A DNA stretch of 24,251 nucleotides. Source: a virus. Taxonomy: Duplodnaviria; Caudoviricetes. Of this stretch, positions 1-10,000 are shown piece by piece (positions within the stretch are counted from its first letter, which is position 1; the number at the start of each line of letters is the position of its first letter). The DNA lies in IMG/VR virus record IMGVR_UViG_3300046000_005595, positions 1 to 24,251 of that record; one strand, given 5' to 3'. The notes below the pieces were generated by a model. The model was given only the letters and a program-made list of their open reading frames with translations. It searched no databases and was not told the origin of the DNA. A program made the translations under genes and the position numbers.

Positions 1-8
1 TAGAGGAA

Positions 9-3000
9 ATGAGATATGATAAAATTACAAAGAGAATACAATATTTTTGTGATGATTTAGATAAAGAATATATTGATCCAACATTAATTACTTTAAAAGT
101 AACACAAGGGATATATGATGGTATTACTACAAATGAATTAGATACGTTAGCAGCAGAAACTGCCGCTTCACTTGTGACAACACATCCTGATTACGCAAAA
201 TTAGCGGGAAGGTTAGCAGTGTCTAATTTACATAAAACAACACCAAAAAAATTCTCACAATCTATTAAAGAATTATATTCGTTTGTTGAATCAAAAACAG
301 GTAAAGAAACGTCATTAATTGCAAATGATGTTTATCAATTTGTTATTCAAAATAAAGAAATATTAGATAATACAATTAAACAAGATAGAGATTTTGATTT
401 TGATTATTTTGGTATTAAAACACTTGAACGTTCATATCTTTTAAAAAACGGTTCAAAAATAGTTGAAAGACCACAATATATGTATATGAGAGTTGCCGTA
501 GGGATATGTAATGGAGATATAGAAATGGCACTTAAAATATATGATGACCTTTCATTACAATACTATACTCACGCAACACCGACATTATTTAACGCAGGAA
601 CAGTAAGACCTCAGATGTCTTCTTGTTTTTTAGTTGCAAATAAAGGTGATGATATCGATAATTTATTTGACACTATAAAAGATGTTGCAAAAATATCAAA
701 ATGGGCTGGTGGTATTGGATTACATGTTCATGATGTTAGAGGTAAAGGTTCTTACATAAAAGGGACTGGTGGTGAATCTGACGGACTTATTCCAATGATG
801 AAGACATATAATGAAGTTGCTCGTTGGATCAACCAGTGTTTTTCTCCTGAAACATTATTATACACCAGTGAAGGTATAAAAAGAATAGATGAAATTAAAA
901 GTGGTGATTTAGTTTTAACTAAAGAAAGAAAATATTCTGAAGTTGGAGAAGTTTTTTGTTATCAACAAAATGGTGGCATGATTGAAATTGAAACAAAATC
1001 ATCATTAAAACCATTAATCTTAACAGATGGACATCCACTATTTGGTTTTAAAAATACCTATAATAGGATTTCTAGAGAAAATAGTGATTACCTTAATCAA
1101 TTAGAAAAGGGAATAGTTTCACCTGATTGGATAGATAGTGGAGAATATAAAGTTGGTGATTTTATTGGTAAACCAATACCAAAAGAAATTATTGATGTTG
1201 ATGATTTTACAGAAGATGACGCATTTATTTATGGATTATTATTAGGTGATGGACATATTTCTAAAAATGAAGTGGGGATATCATTCAATAAATTAACAAA
1301 TGATAAAGAAGTTGATTTTGTTAAAAAATATCTATCTAAAAAAGATATAAATTTTTGGGAATACACTATAAGTGATAAACCATATCTTTCTATTAGATTC
1401 TCTTTATCTAAATTATCTTGGTTATCATATGAACAACTTTATGATGATAAGAAGAAAAAAAGAATACATAAAAAATATTCACATTTACCATTAAAAAAAT
1501 CAATAAAAATAATTTTAGGTTTAATTAAATCGGACGGTGGTGTTTATAGAAAAAATGAAATTCATTTCTATAATACTAGTGAATCTTTAATTGAAGATAT
1601 ATCCTATCAAATACTTAGATTTGGTGTACCAACATATGGTAAATGGAGTAATAGAGAAAATAGTAGTGTTTATTTAAAAGAAAATGGTTGTACACAAGAA
1701 TTTACACTGTCTTGTGATTTAAGAATACCTTCATTTAATGAACTTGCAACTTTATTAAATGTTGAAGAAATAACCAAAAAAAATTGGATAATATGGGATA
1801 ATATTCTTTACACTAGAATTACAAGTGTAAAAATGTTAGACAATTACGATGGTAAAGTTTACGATTTAAAAATAAAAGAAAATGACGAAGATCCTTCATA
1901 TACTTTAACGTCTTGTTTAGTTCATAATGGAGGGAAGAGAAAAGGTTCTTTTGCTGTTTATCTTGAACCATGGCATTCAGATATTTTTGAATTCATTGAT
2001 TTAAGGAAAAATCATGGGAAAGAAGAATTAAGAGCAAGAGATTTATTTTTAGCAATGTGGACTCCTAATTTGTTTATGAAACGTGTAGAAGAAGATGGAG
2101 ATTGGTCATTATTTTCACCTGACGAAGCACCAGGATTATCTGATGTTTATGATGACCCATATAAGTTTACACAAGAATTTACAGAATTGTATGAGAAGTA
2201 TGAAAAAGAAGGAAGAGCAAGAAAAGTGGTTAAGGCTAGAAAATTAATGGACGCAATTTTAACTGCACAAATAGAAACTGGTACACCATATATGTTATAT
2301 AAGGACGCGGCAAATTATAAATCAAATCAAAAAAATCTTGGCACGATTAAATCTTCAAATCTTTGTATAACTGGTGACCAAAGAGTAGTAACAACAAAAG
2401 GATATTTAACAGCGAAAGAACTTCATGAAATGGATGAAGAATTGGAACTTTTTAATGATTCTGAAATCGTTAAATCATCTAAAATGATTAAACGTGGGGA
2501 AAATGAAGATGTGTATAAAATAACATTAGAAAATGGTATGGAACATAAAGTAACACCATATCACGGTATACCTATTATTGACTTAAGAAATAATATAACA
2601 CGTGTAGAATGTAAAGATTTAAAAATAGGTGATAAGATACCAATTCAAACAAAAAAAGGATTATTTGGTAATGTTGAAATGGTTGAAGAAGCTTTTTTAC
2701 TTGGTTTATATCAATCAGATGGGACACAATCACTTAACACTCTTTATTTTGATATATGGGAAAATGATTTTGATTTAATAGATGAAATAGAAAAATCAGT
2801 TTCAAATCTTTATAAAAAATATGATTATACTCCGAGATATTCAAATAAAGGTGGTGAATTTATTAATTGCGAAGTTAAGTTCTCAACAGTTAAAAAGAAA
2901 AGATTAACATCACAGTTTTTTAAAAAAGATTTAAAATTTGAAAAAGGATACATTCCAAATTGGATTTGGTCATCAAATGAAAAAACACAATGGAGTTATT

Positions 3001-4535
3001 TAAGGGGATTATTATATACTGATGGTACAGTACATGTTAGTAACAGTGAAGGAAATCCTATACAAATATCATATGCTGATATTAATATTGATTTTTTAAA
3101 GGAATTACAGATTTTATTTAATAATTTAGGTTTACAAACATCGATTAGGTTATTGAGAAAAGAATCGTACAATTTATTACCAAATGGAAAAGGTGGGAAA
3201 AAATACTTTAAATGTAAAGATTGTTTTAGATTGATTATTGGTAATAAAAACGATGCTCTTGTTTTAAATGAAAACACGGGTTTTTTAGACAGAAAAGGTA
3301 TTAAACTAGAAAATAAAACGTACAGAAACAATACAAAAAAAGGTTATAAAGTTATATCAATTGATTATGTAGGAAAAGAAGATGTTTATTGCCCAACAAT
3401 TTATAATAACGAACATATTTTTATTTCACAAGGATTAAAAACATTTAATTGTAGTGAAATAATAGAATTTAGTTCACCAGAAGAACAGGCCGTTTGTAAT
3501 TTAGCATCCATCGCTTTACCGAAGTATATTACTGATAATGTTTTTAATCATGAATTATTATATGAATACACATATCAAGTAGTTAAAAATTTAAATAATG
3601 TTATTGATTTAAATTTTTACCCCACTGAAGAAACAAAAAGGTCTAATATGAGACATAGACCTATTGGTATTGGTGTACAAGGTTTAGCTGATGTTTTTTG
3701 TTTATTATCATTACCATTTGAAAGTAATGAAGCGGATAAACTACAAATAGAGATTTTTGAAACAATTTATTTTGCCGCATTAACATCTTCAAAAGATTTG
3801 GCACAAAAAAATGGTTCATATGAAACATTTAATGGGTCTCCACTATCTGAAGGAATTTTTCAATACCAATTATGGAATAAAAAAGACGAAGATAATAGTG
3901 GTAGATGGGATTGGAAATCATTAAGGGAAGAAATTTTAAAACATGGTGTTAGAAATTCACTTTTAGTTGCACCGATGCCGACAGCGAGCACTGCACAAAT
4001 ATTAGGAAACAATGAGGCTTTTGAACCATTCACTACAAATTTATATACGAGGAGAACATTAAGTGGTGAATTTGTAATGATAAATAAACATTTGATAAAG
4101 ATGTTATTAGAAAAGGATTTATGGTCAGAAGATATAAAAAAGAAATTAATTATTGAAAATGGTTCAGTACAAAATATACCTGAAATTCCAACAGACATAA
4201 AAGAAATATTTAAAACTGTTTGGGAAATGTCACAGAAACGAATTCTTATGATGGCATCAAATCGTTCAGTATATATTGACCAATCACAATCGTTAAATTT
4301 ATTTATTGATAATGTAACAAAACAAAAATTATTAGCAGCACATATCTATGGGTGGAAACTTGGATTAAAAACGGGTATGTATTATTTAAGAACAAGGTCA
4401 GCGGTTGACCCATTAAAAGGTTTAGGTATTGACACTTCCAGTGTTAATACATTTGTAATAAAAAATGATACTAATATAATAGAACCCATTAAACCAACTG
4501 ATTCATTATTTGATTGTGAAGGTTGTAGTTCGTAA
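9..4535 (+). CDS. nrdA: Class Ia ribonucleoside-diphosphate reductase alpha subunit, precursor with two inteins; true start probably upstream of the window
   Basis: ATP-cone-like N-terminus (RYDKITKRI...HPDYAKLAGRLAVSNLHK), ERPQYMYMRVA, THATPTLFNAG, QMSSCF, SNL/CSEI, AVCNLAS, APMPTASTAQILGN, GLKTGMYYLR and C-terminal CEGC. The frame is open to the window edge (..ta gag gaa atg) and the usual N-terminal KRxG part of the ATP cone is missing, so the 5' end is likely truncated. Removing both inteins leaves 782 aa. Confidence 0.97.
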   Translation: MRYDKITKRIQYFCDDLDKEYIDPTLITLKVTQGIYDGITTNELDTLAAETAASLVTTHPDYAKLAGRLAVSNLHKTTPKKFSQSIKELYSFVESKTGKETSLIANDVYQFVIQNKEILDNTIKQDRDFDFDYFGIKTLERSYLLKNGSKIVERPQYMYMRVAVGICNGDIEMALKIYDDLSLQYYTHATPTLFNAGTVRPQMSSCFLVANKGDDIDNLFDTIKDVAKISKWAGGIGLHVHDVRGKGSYIKGTGGESDGLIPMMKTYNEVARWINQCFSPETLLYTSEGIKRIDEIKSGDLVLTKERKYSEVGEVFCYQQNGGMIEIETKSSLKPLILTDGHPLFGFKNTYNRISRENSDYLNQLEKGIVSPDWIDSGEYKVGDFIGKPIPKEIIDVDDFTEDDAFIYGLLLGDGHISKNEVGISFNKLTNDKEVDFVKKYLSKKDINFWEYTISDKPYLSIRFSLSKLSWLSYEQLYDDKKKKRIHKKYSHLPLKKSIKIILGLIKSDGGVYRKNEIHFYNTSESLIEDISYQILRFGVPTYGKWSNRENSSVYLKENGCTQEFTLSCDLRIPSFNELATLLNVEEITKKNWIIWDNILYTRITSVKMLDNYDGKVYDLKIKENDEDPSYTLTSCLVHNGGKRKGSFAVYLEPWHSDIFEFIDLRKNHGKEELRARDLFLAMWTPNLFMKRVEEDGDWSLFSPDEAPGLSDVYDDPYKFTQEFTELYEKYEKEGRARKVVKARKLMDAILTAQIETGTPYMLYKDAANYKSNQKNLGTIKSSNLCITGDQRVVTTKGYLTAKELHEMDEELELFNDSEIVKSSKMIKRGENEDVYKITLENGMEHKVTPYHGIPIIDLRNNITRVECKDLKIGDKIPIQTKKGLFGNVEMVEEAFLLGLYQSDGTQSLNTLYFDIWENDFDLIDEIEKSVSNLYKKYDYTPRYSNKGGEFINCEVKFSTVKKKRLTSQFFKKDLKFEKGYIPNWIWSSNEKTQWSYLRGLLYTDGTVHVSNSEGNPIQISYADINIDFLKELQILFNNLGLQTSIRLLRKESYNLLPNGKGGKKYFKCKDCFRLIIGNKNDALVLNENTGFLDRKGIKLENKTYRNNTKKGYKVISIDYVGKEDVYCPTIYNNEHIFISQGLKTFNCSEIIEFSSPEEQAVCNLASIALPKYITDNVFNHELLYEYTYQVVKNLNNVIDLNFYPTEETKRSNMRHRPIGIGVQGLADVFCLLSLPFESNEADKLQIEIFETIYFAALTSSKDLAQKNGSYETFNGSPLSEGIFQYQLWNKKDEDNSGRWDWKSLREEILKHGVRNSLLVAPMPTASTAQILGNNEAFEPFTTNLYTRRTLSGEFVMINKHLIKMLLEKDLWSEDIKKKLIIENGSVQNIPEIPTDIKEIFKTVWEMSQKRILMMASNRSVYIDQSQSLNLFIDNVTKQKLLAAHIYGWKLGLKTGMYYLRTRSAVDPLKGLGIDTSSVNTFVIKNDTNIIEPIKPTDSLFDCEGCSS
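837..1928 (+). mobile_element. Intein 1 in NrdA (364 aa) with LAGLIDADG homing endonuclease; non-canonical Gly at +1
   Basis: Begins CFSPETLLYT (tgt at 837), block B LTDGHP, LAGLIDADG-like AFIYGLLLGDG and IILGLIKSDG, block F VYDLKI, ends LVHN (aat 1926-1928). Excision restores ARWINQ|GGKRKGSFAVYLEPWH. Confidence 0.93.
2364..3449 (+). mobile_element. Intein 2 in NrdA (362 aa) with LAGLIDADG homing endonuclease, inserted just before the catalytic Cys
   Basis: Begins CITGDQRV (tgt at 2364), block B VTPYHG, LAGLIDADG-like AFLLGLYQSDG and YLRGLLYTDG, block F DVYCPTI, ends KTFN followed by Cys+1. Excision restores KSSNL|CSEI, the thiyl-radical motif. Confidence 0.95.
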
Positions 4536-4540
4536 ATATA

Positions 4541-4630
4541 TGGGAGGCTCCCTCAAAGTACTATACTGTCGTTAAGGCGTACCTTAAGCTTCTATGTTTT
4601 GAAAATACAGGGGGCGAATATCAAAACACG
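4541..4630 (+). ncRNA. Candidate structured RNA (possible pseudoknot), family unidentified
   Basis: 39 of 90 nt are G/C, whereas the other spacers are almost pure A/T. Pairings: 4547-4553 GCTCCCT with 4609-4615 AGGGGGC; hairpin 4572-4587 TTAAGG-cgta-CCTTAA; 4595-4602 TGTTTTGA with 4621-4628 TCAAAACA, which crosses the first helix. Confidence 0.5.
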
Positions 4631-4639
4631 AATTATTTT

Positions 4640-4670
4640 AAAACCCAACTTAAAGTTGGGTTTTTTATTT
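4640..4670 (+). terminator. Rho-independent terminator after nrdA (possibly bidirectional)
   Basis: Inverted repeat AAAACCCAACT-taa-AGTTGGGTTTT (4640-4664) running into a T-rich tail, with an A-tract on the 5' side. Confidence 0.85.
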
Positions 4671-4674
4671 TATA

Positions 4675-4683
4675 ATATTTATA
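4675..4683 (+). promoter_or_regulatory. Possible late-promoter motif ATATTTATA upstream of the baseplate operon
   Basis: Lies between the terminator and the ATG at 4706. The same ATATTTAT recurs at 14604-14611 at similar spacing from the ATG at 14638. The AT-rich background makes this weak evidence. Confidence 0.3.
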
Positions 4684-4705
4684 AACAAATAATATAATAT
4701 TTTAT

Positions 4706-5158
4706 ATGGCAAAAACGTATGGTATAGATTTTCCTTTTAATGAAAGTAGAAGAGGTACATTTTTTAATATGACTGAAACGCCTGACAGAGAAATAAGAGC
4801 GAATTTGTTACATTTAATATTAACTAGAAGAGGGACAAGGTATTATTTACCTGATTTTGGTACAAGACTCTATGAATATATTTTTGAACCAAACGATTCT
4901 GTTACATTTCAAATGATTGAGGATGAAATTAGAACAACAGTTAAAAAATTTATTCCAAATTTAGATATAACAGAAATAAGAATAGTACAAGCTGATCAAG
5001 ATACTGAGGAACTTTCAAGCGTTAGCGAAGAAAGTGATAGTAGATTATTCAGAGTATCAAGTAATTCTACAAAACCTTACACTGCTAAGGTTAGAATTGA
5101 TTATGACATTAATAACGAACCATTTAGTTCATCAGATTTTATAATTATCAATATATAA
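4706..5158 (+). CDS. Baseplate wedge / sheath-initiator protein, T4 gp25-like (GPW/gp25 family)
   Basis: IRANLLHLILTRRGTRYYLPDFGTRLYEYIFEP fits the gp25 pattern (L-T-x-x-G-E/T-R-x-x-x-P-x-F-G). It is 150 aa and lies directly before a gp6-like gene. Confidence 0.9.
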   Translation: MAKTYGIDFPFNESRRGTFFNMTETPDREIRANLLHLILTRRGTRYYLPDFGTRLYEYIFEPNDSVTFQMIEDEIRTTVKKFIPNLDITEIRIVQADQDTEELSSVSEESDSRLFRVSSNSTKPYTAKVRIDYDINNEPFSSSDFIIINI

Positions 5159-5159
5159 T

Positions 5160-6992
5160 ATGGGAAAGAAAATTTCATATGCGACTAGAGATTTCGCTGG
5201 GTTAAGACAAGAATTAGTTAATTTAACCAAACAATATTATCCAGATTTAGTTAAAAATACTAATGATGCGTCTATTTATTCTGTTTTATTAGATTTAAAT
5301 GCTGCGGTTGCGGATAATTTACATTTTCATATTGATAGAGTTTGGCAAGAAACTATATTGGATTTTGCTCAACAAAGACAATCATTGTTCCATATTGCAA
5401 AAACATATGGATTAAAAATCCCTGGAAATAGACCATCGGTAGCGTTATGTGATTTTTCAATAAATGTACCTGTCAAAGGTGATAAAGAGAATGAAAGTTA
5501 TTTGGGAGTAATAAAGTCAGGTGCACAAGTTTCAGGTGGTGGGCAATCTTTTGAAACATTAGAAGACATAGACTTTTCAAATCCATTCAATAGTAAAGGA
5601 GAACCCAATAGATTAAAGATACCAAATTTTGATGGTAATAATACACTAATATCTTATACTATAATAAAAAGAGAACCAGTTATAAATGGAGTGACAAGAA
5701 TTTTCAGAAAAGTAATTACTGAAGTTGACCAAAAACCATTTTTAAAAATTTATTTACCCGAACAAAATATTTTAGGTGTTACATCGGTAATTCATAAAGA
5801 TGGAACATCTTTTGGGGGTAATCCAACAAATTCAGAATTTTTAGATGTTACAAATAAATGGTATGAAGTAAAATCTTTAGTACAAGATAAAGTATTCATA
5901 ACTGACCCAACTAGTGTTTCAGATAGAGATAATTTTAGGGCAGGTAAATACATTAGTGTAACAAATAAATTTATCACAGAATACACACCAGAAAATTATT
6001 TTTATTTAACTTTTGGTAGTGGTAATGTTGACCCAGTAAGTAACTTAGACGATTATATGACAGGTTCGATGAAAGTTAATCTAAGTACCTATTTAAATAA
6101 TATGTCATTAGGTATGATACCTAAAGTCGGAACAACTTTATTTATAAAATATAGAATTGGTGGAGGTAAAGACACTAATCTTGGTGTTAATGTTATTACA
6201 AGTATAGATAATGTTGATTTTGTAATTAATGGTCCTAATATATCTACTAATACCCAAGTTTCACAATCATTAATTGTTACAAATATTACACCCGCAGTTG
6301 GTGGGGCTGATATCCCTGCAATAGAAGAGATTAGAAATATGATTGGTTTCAATTTTTCAGCACAAAATAGAGCGGTAACATTAAACGATTATAAGTCATT
6401 AATAGAAACTATGCCCTCAACTTATGGAGCACCGGCAAAAGTTAATGTAATGGAAGAAGATAATAAAATAAAAATTAAATTATTATCATATGATGAAAAT
6501 GGTAATTTATCCGATGTTGTTTCTAATACATTAAAAGATAACATATTAAATTATTTATCTGAATATCGAATGATAAATGATTTTATTGATATTGAAAGTG
6601 GACAAGTTATTGATTTTAAAATTGAAGTTGACTTGGCAATAGATAAAAATAATAGTGCAACAGAAATAATCACAGACACAATACAAGAAATAATTGATTA
6701 TTTTAGTATAGAAAAACGTAAAATGGGTGATCCATTATTTATTGGTGATTTAAATAGAACGATAGGACAAATTAACGGTGTAATTAATGTTGTTAATACA
6801 AGAGTATATAATTTAATTGGTGGTGAATATTCAAGTGCTGAAGTTTCACAATCTTATATTGATAATTCAACAAAAGAAATTAGACAATCTGATATGACAA
6901 TTTTCATGAAATCCAATCAAATTTATCAGATTAGATTTCCAAATCAAAATATAAGAATTAGAACAAAGGTATTGGGATCAACAACATTTTAA
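5160..6992 (+). CDS. Baseplate wedge subunit, T4 gp6 / Baseplate J-like
   Basis: N-terminal RDFAGLRQEL, AQQRQSLFHIAKTYG, IKYRIGGG, and GGAD...EEIR...AQNRAVTLNDY are typical of gp6/J. Length is 610 aa. Confidence 0.88.
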   Translation: MGKKISYATRDFAGLRQELVNLTKQYYPDLVKNTNDASIYSVLLDLNAAVADNLHFHIDRVWQETILDFAQQRQSLFHIAKTYGLKIPGNRPSVALCDFSINVPVKGDKENESYLGVIKSGAQVSGGGQSFETLEDIDFSNPFNSKGEPNRLKIPNFDGNNTLISYTIIKREPVINGVTRIFRKVITEVDQKPFLKIYLPEQNILGVTSVIHKDGTSFGGNPTNSEFLDVTNKWYEVKSLVQDKVFITDPTSVSDRDNFRAGKYISVTNKFITEYTPENYFYLTFGSGNVDPVSNLDDYMTGSMKVNLSTYLNNMSLGMIPKVGTTLFIKYRIGGGKDTNLGVNVITSIDNVDFVINGPNISTNTQVSQSLIVTNITPAVGGADIPAIEEIRNMIGFNFSAQNRAVTLNDYKSLIETMPSTYGAPAKVNVMEEDNKIKIKLLSYDENGNLSDVVSNTLKDNILNYLSEYRMINDFIDIESGQVIDFKIEVDLAIDKNNSATEIITDTIQEIIDYFSIEKRKMGDPLFIGDLNRTIGQINGVINVVNTRVYNLIGGEYSSAEVSQSYIDNSTKEIRQSDMTIFMKSNQIYQIRFPNQNIRIRTKVLGSTTF

Positions 6993-7048
6993 TTAAATAT
7001 ATTTAATAATATAAAAATTATAGATATATTTTATAAAAATAAATATAA

Positions 7049-10000
7049 ATGCAGAAACACAGAATTTCAACAAGGATCGGATTTGACCAAAAAATTATTG
7101 TTGAACTTAAAAACGATTTTGATTTGTTGGAAATTCTATCACTTAAATTTACGCAATCAGATATATATACATCTATGTGCTCCGACTATGGAGTTGTTGT
7201 AGGTAGAATTTCAGTTAACAATGGTTTAGGTGTACCTAACGCTAGAGTTTCTATTTTTATACCCATTACAGAGGAAGATAAAGAAGACCCCGTTATATCT
7301 CAATTATATCCATATACAGACATTTCAGATAAAAACGAAAATGGATATAGGTACAATTTACTACCATCAAGAAAACAACATGGTGGACATTCACCAACTG
7401 GAACTTTTCCTGATCAAAAAGATGTTTTAAATAGAGAAGAAATATTAGAAGTTTATGAAAAGTATTATAAATATACAGTAAAAACTAATAACTCTGGTGA
7501 TTTTATGATTTGGGGGGTTCCTATTGGGACACAAACAATTCATGTTGATACTGACCTTTCTGATGTTGGTTGTTTTTCTTTAAGACCTGATGATTTTATT
7601 CGTCAAGGTATTGGTGTTGATTCTTTTAAAAATGAATATACGTTTAAAACATCTGAAGATATTGACTCACTACCACAAATTGTTACATTCGACCAAACAA
7701 TAGATGTATATCCATTTTGGGGTAATGAAGAATTATGTGAAATTGGTATAACAAGAACTGATTTTGATTTATCAAATAAGGGAATAAGAATTGAACCAAA
7801 AGCATATCTTATTGGTGGTACATTTACAGATATAGGAAAAAATTCAGTTAATAAAAATTGTTCTCCAAGAGGGAAGATGGGAACTAAATGTGATTTAACA
7901 ACAAAAACAGGTATAGTTGAATCTATTAGATTTACAAACAGGAAAGATAATGGGTATAGACCTATACTTGAAAATTTCGATTTAAACGGGGAAATTGATG
8001 AAGATGGTTCATTTATTTTTTCAGTTCCGATGAACATGGATTATCTTTATACTAATGAATTTGGTGAACAAGAATATACAAATGATTCAAACAAAGGTAT
8101 TGCAACATCTGCTTGTTATAGATTTAGATTTAGTTTATCGAATGAAGGACTTGAAAGAGTTAGAGGTAATGCTAGTTATTTAGTACCAAACATTAGAGAA
8201 TATGATACATTTAAAGATAAATCATATTCATTTTCAACTAATTACGATGATTATCCACAACACGCAGTTGAAAACTATATTTTAAATAATGATGGTGGTT
8301 TTTATTACCCACAGGATTATTTTTTTAGATTAAACTATAATAAAGTTTATACTGTTTCTTCATTTCAAGGTTCATATTTTAAATCATCATCATTTAAAAA
8401 TAAATTTATTGGTTTAAAAGATTTAGTTCCAACAGAAGAAAATGATTGTTCTAGTAACACATTAACACCACCAGTAAATTTTGGATTTAAAAATTATTCT
8501 TTTCAGTTACTAATTTCTGATGTTTTATTATTATTTGAACATTTGATAAATTTACTTACATTTTCTTTAACTAATACAGTATCATATATTTTACATGGAT
8601 TATCAGACGCTGTTGATTTTTTTCCAATAAAATCATTATCAAAAGTTATAAGAAAATTCGCATACCGTTTTCAAAATAGTACACAAAGAAAATTATATTT
8701 AATAAACTATCCTGAATGTGAAGAATGTAATGGTGAAAATGAATATGGTACTAGAGAAATAGATGATGATATTAAATATTGTAAAGTTGGAACAATAACA
8801 ATTAGTGGAACAAGTAATGAAACTGGTAGGGTTTTAAATGTAAATAATGACCAATATGATGAAACAATTCAGTATGCTTCACCAATATGTAGTGGTACAA
8901 CATTAATTACAGGTACTTCTCAGTGTAATAAAGCTCAAAATTTTGTTAATAATCAAAATAACTATGTGTTAACGTACACTATGGGTTCTACAATAATAAA
9001 TGTTGGATTATCTACAGTAAATTCATCTAGTGATACTGGATTTCAAATAACAAAATATTTAGATATTTCAAATATTTGTACTGGATATACTTTAACATTT
9101 AATGACCCACAAGGTATATTTAATAATACCACAACATATAATTGTGATATTAGAGATAAAAATAAATTTGAAAGTGAACAAGACACTACAATACAAATAG
9201 AAGAAGGTTGTTCATTATATGATGTGCCATATAATGAAAGTATTGTTGAAACGTATTATGTTGGTGAAGGAAGAACACCATATACTGAAGGAACATTACC
9301 ATTAGGTGCTAACATTGTTGCAACAAGATTGTCAAACAACGATGATTACGGATTACCAACATCATATGATGGTGAAACATATTCACCAAACACACCCGCA
9401 GATACTGATGGTAAAGCGTATACGGAATTTAGTAATGGTGTTTTCAATTTTATACCTGGAACACAAAATTCAATAAGGATTTTCGAAATATTAAAAGAAT
9501 ATAGAAGAAGGAAAAGAGTTGGTCTTTTGTTTTGTGGTGGAATAGTTAATTATGGTTTTATTGACAATTGGTTAAGTGGTTCTTTATATTTTTTCCAATT
9601 CAAATCAAAAGTTAGATGGAAAAACGAATCATTATTAGAATTAAATGTTAACAGAACAAATTATTGTAAAGATTTACTATACTATAAAGTAAGTGAGACA
9701 ACAACGGGTGAATCTGTTAAAAGATTTTATTATCGTTCAACTATAGCTAATTCATCAGGTACTTTAGTTGGTAATACTACATTTTCTAATATAAAAAGAT
9801 TAGGTAACCCAACTACAATGGTTGATTTAGGACCAAGAGATGAGTTTATTAAAGAAGTTTGTACCGATGAAACGTTAGATCCTAGTTGCTCTGTTGTTAG
9901 ATCAATTGGACCAACATCGTTTCAAGATTTTGGTGAACTTCTTGGATTAGCTATTAATTATAGAATGGATGTTGAAATTAAAGATGGTTTTAGTATAAAT

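Noticed and set aside
837-3449. Group I introns or frameshifts as the explanation for the nrdA insertions
   Set aside because: Both inserts are in frame (1092 and 1086 nt), stop-free and carry intein splicing blocks at both ends.
9-4535. Eukaryotic or giant-virus (NCLDV) origin suggested by the eukaryote-like NrdA
   Set aside because: The adjacent gp25/gp6 contractile-tail baseplate genes, overlapping operon structure and intrinsic terminator indicate a bacteriophage. This NrdA type also occurs in Bacteroidota.
4541-4630. Assignment of the intergenic RNA to a known class (HDV-like/theta ribozyme because of GGCGAAU, hammerhead, or tRNA)
   Set aside because: GGCGAAU before the last helix recalls HDV J4/2, but the nested P3/L3 and P4 elements are not in the required order. 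There is no CUGANGA/GAAA core and no cloverleaf or T-loop, so it is left unclassified.
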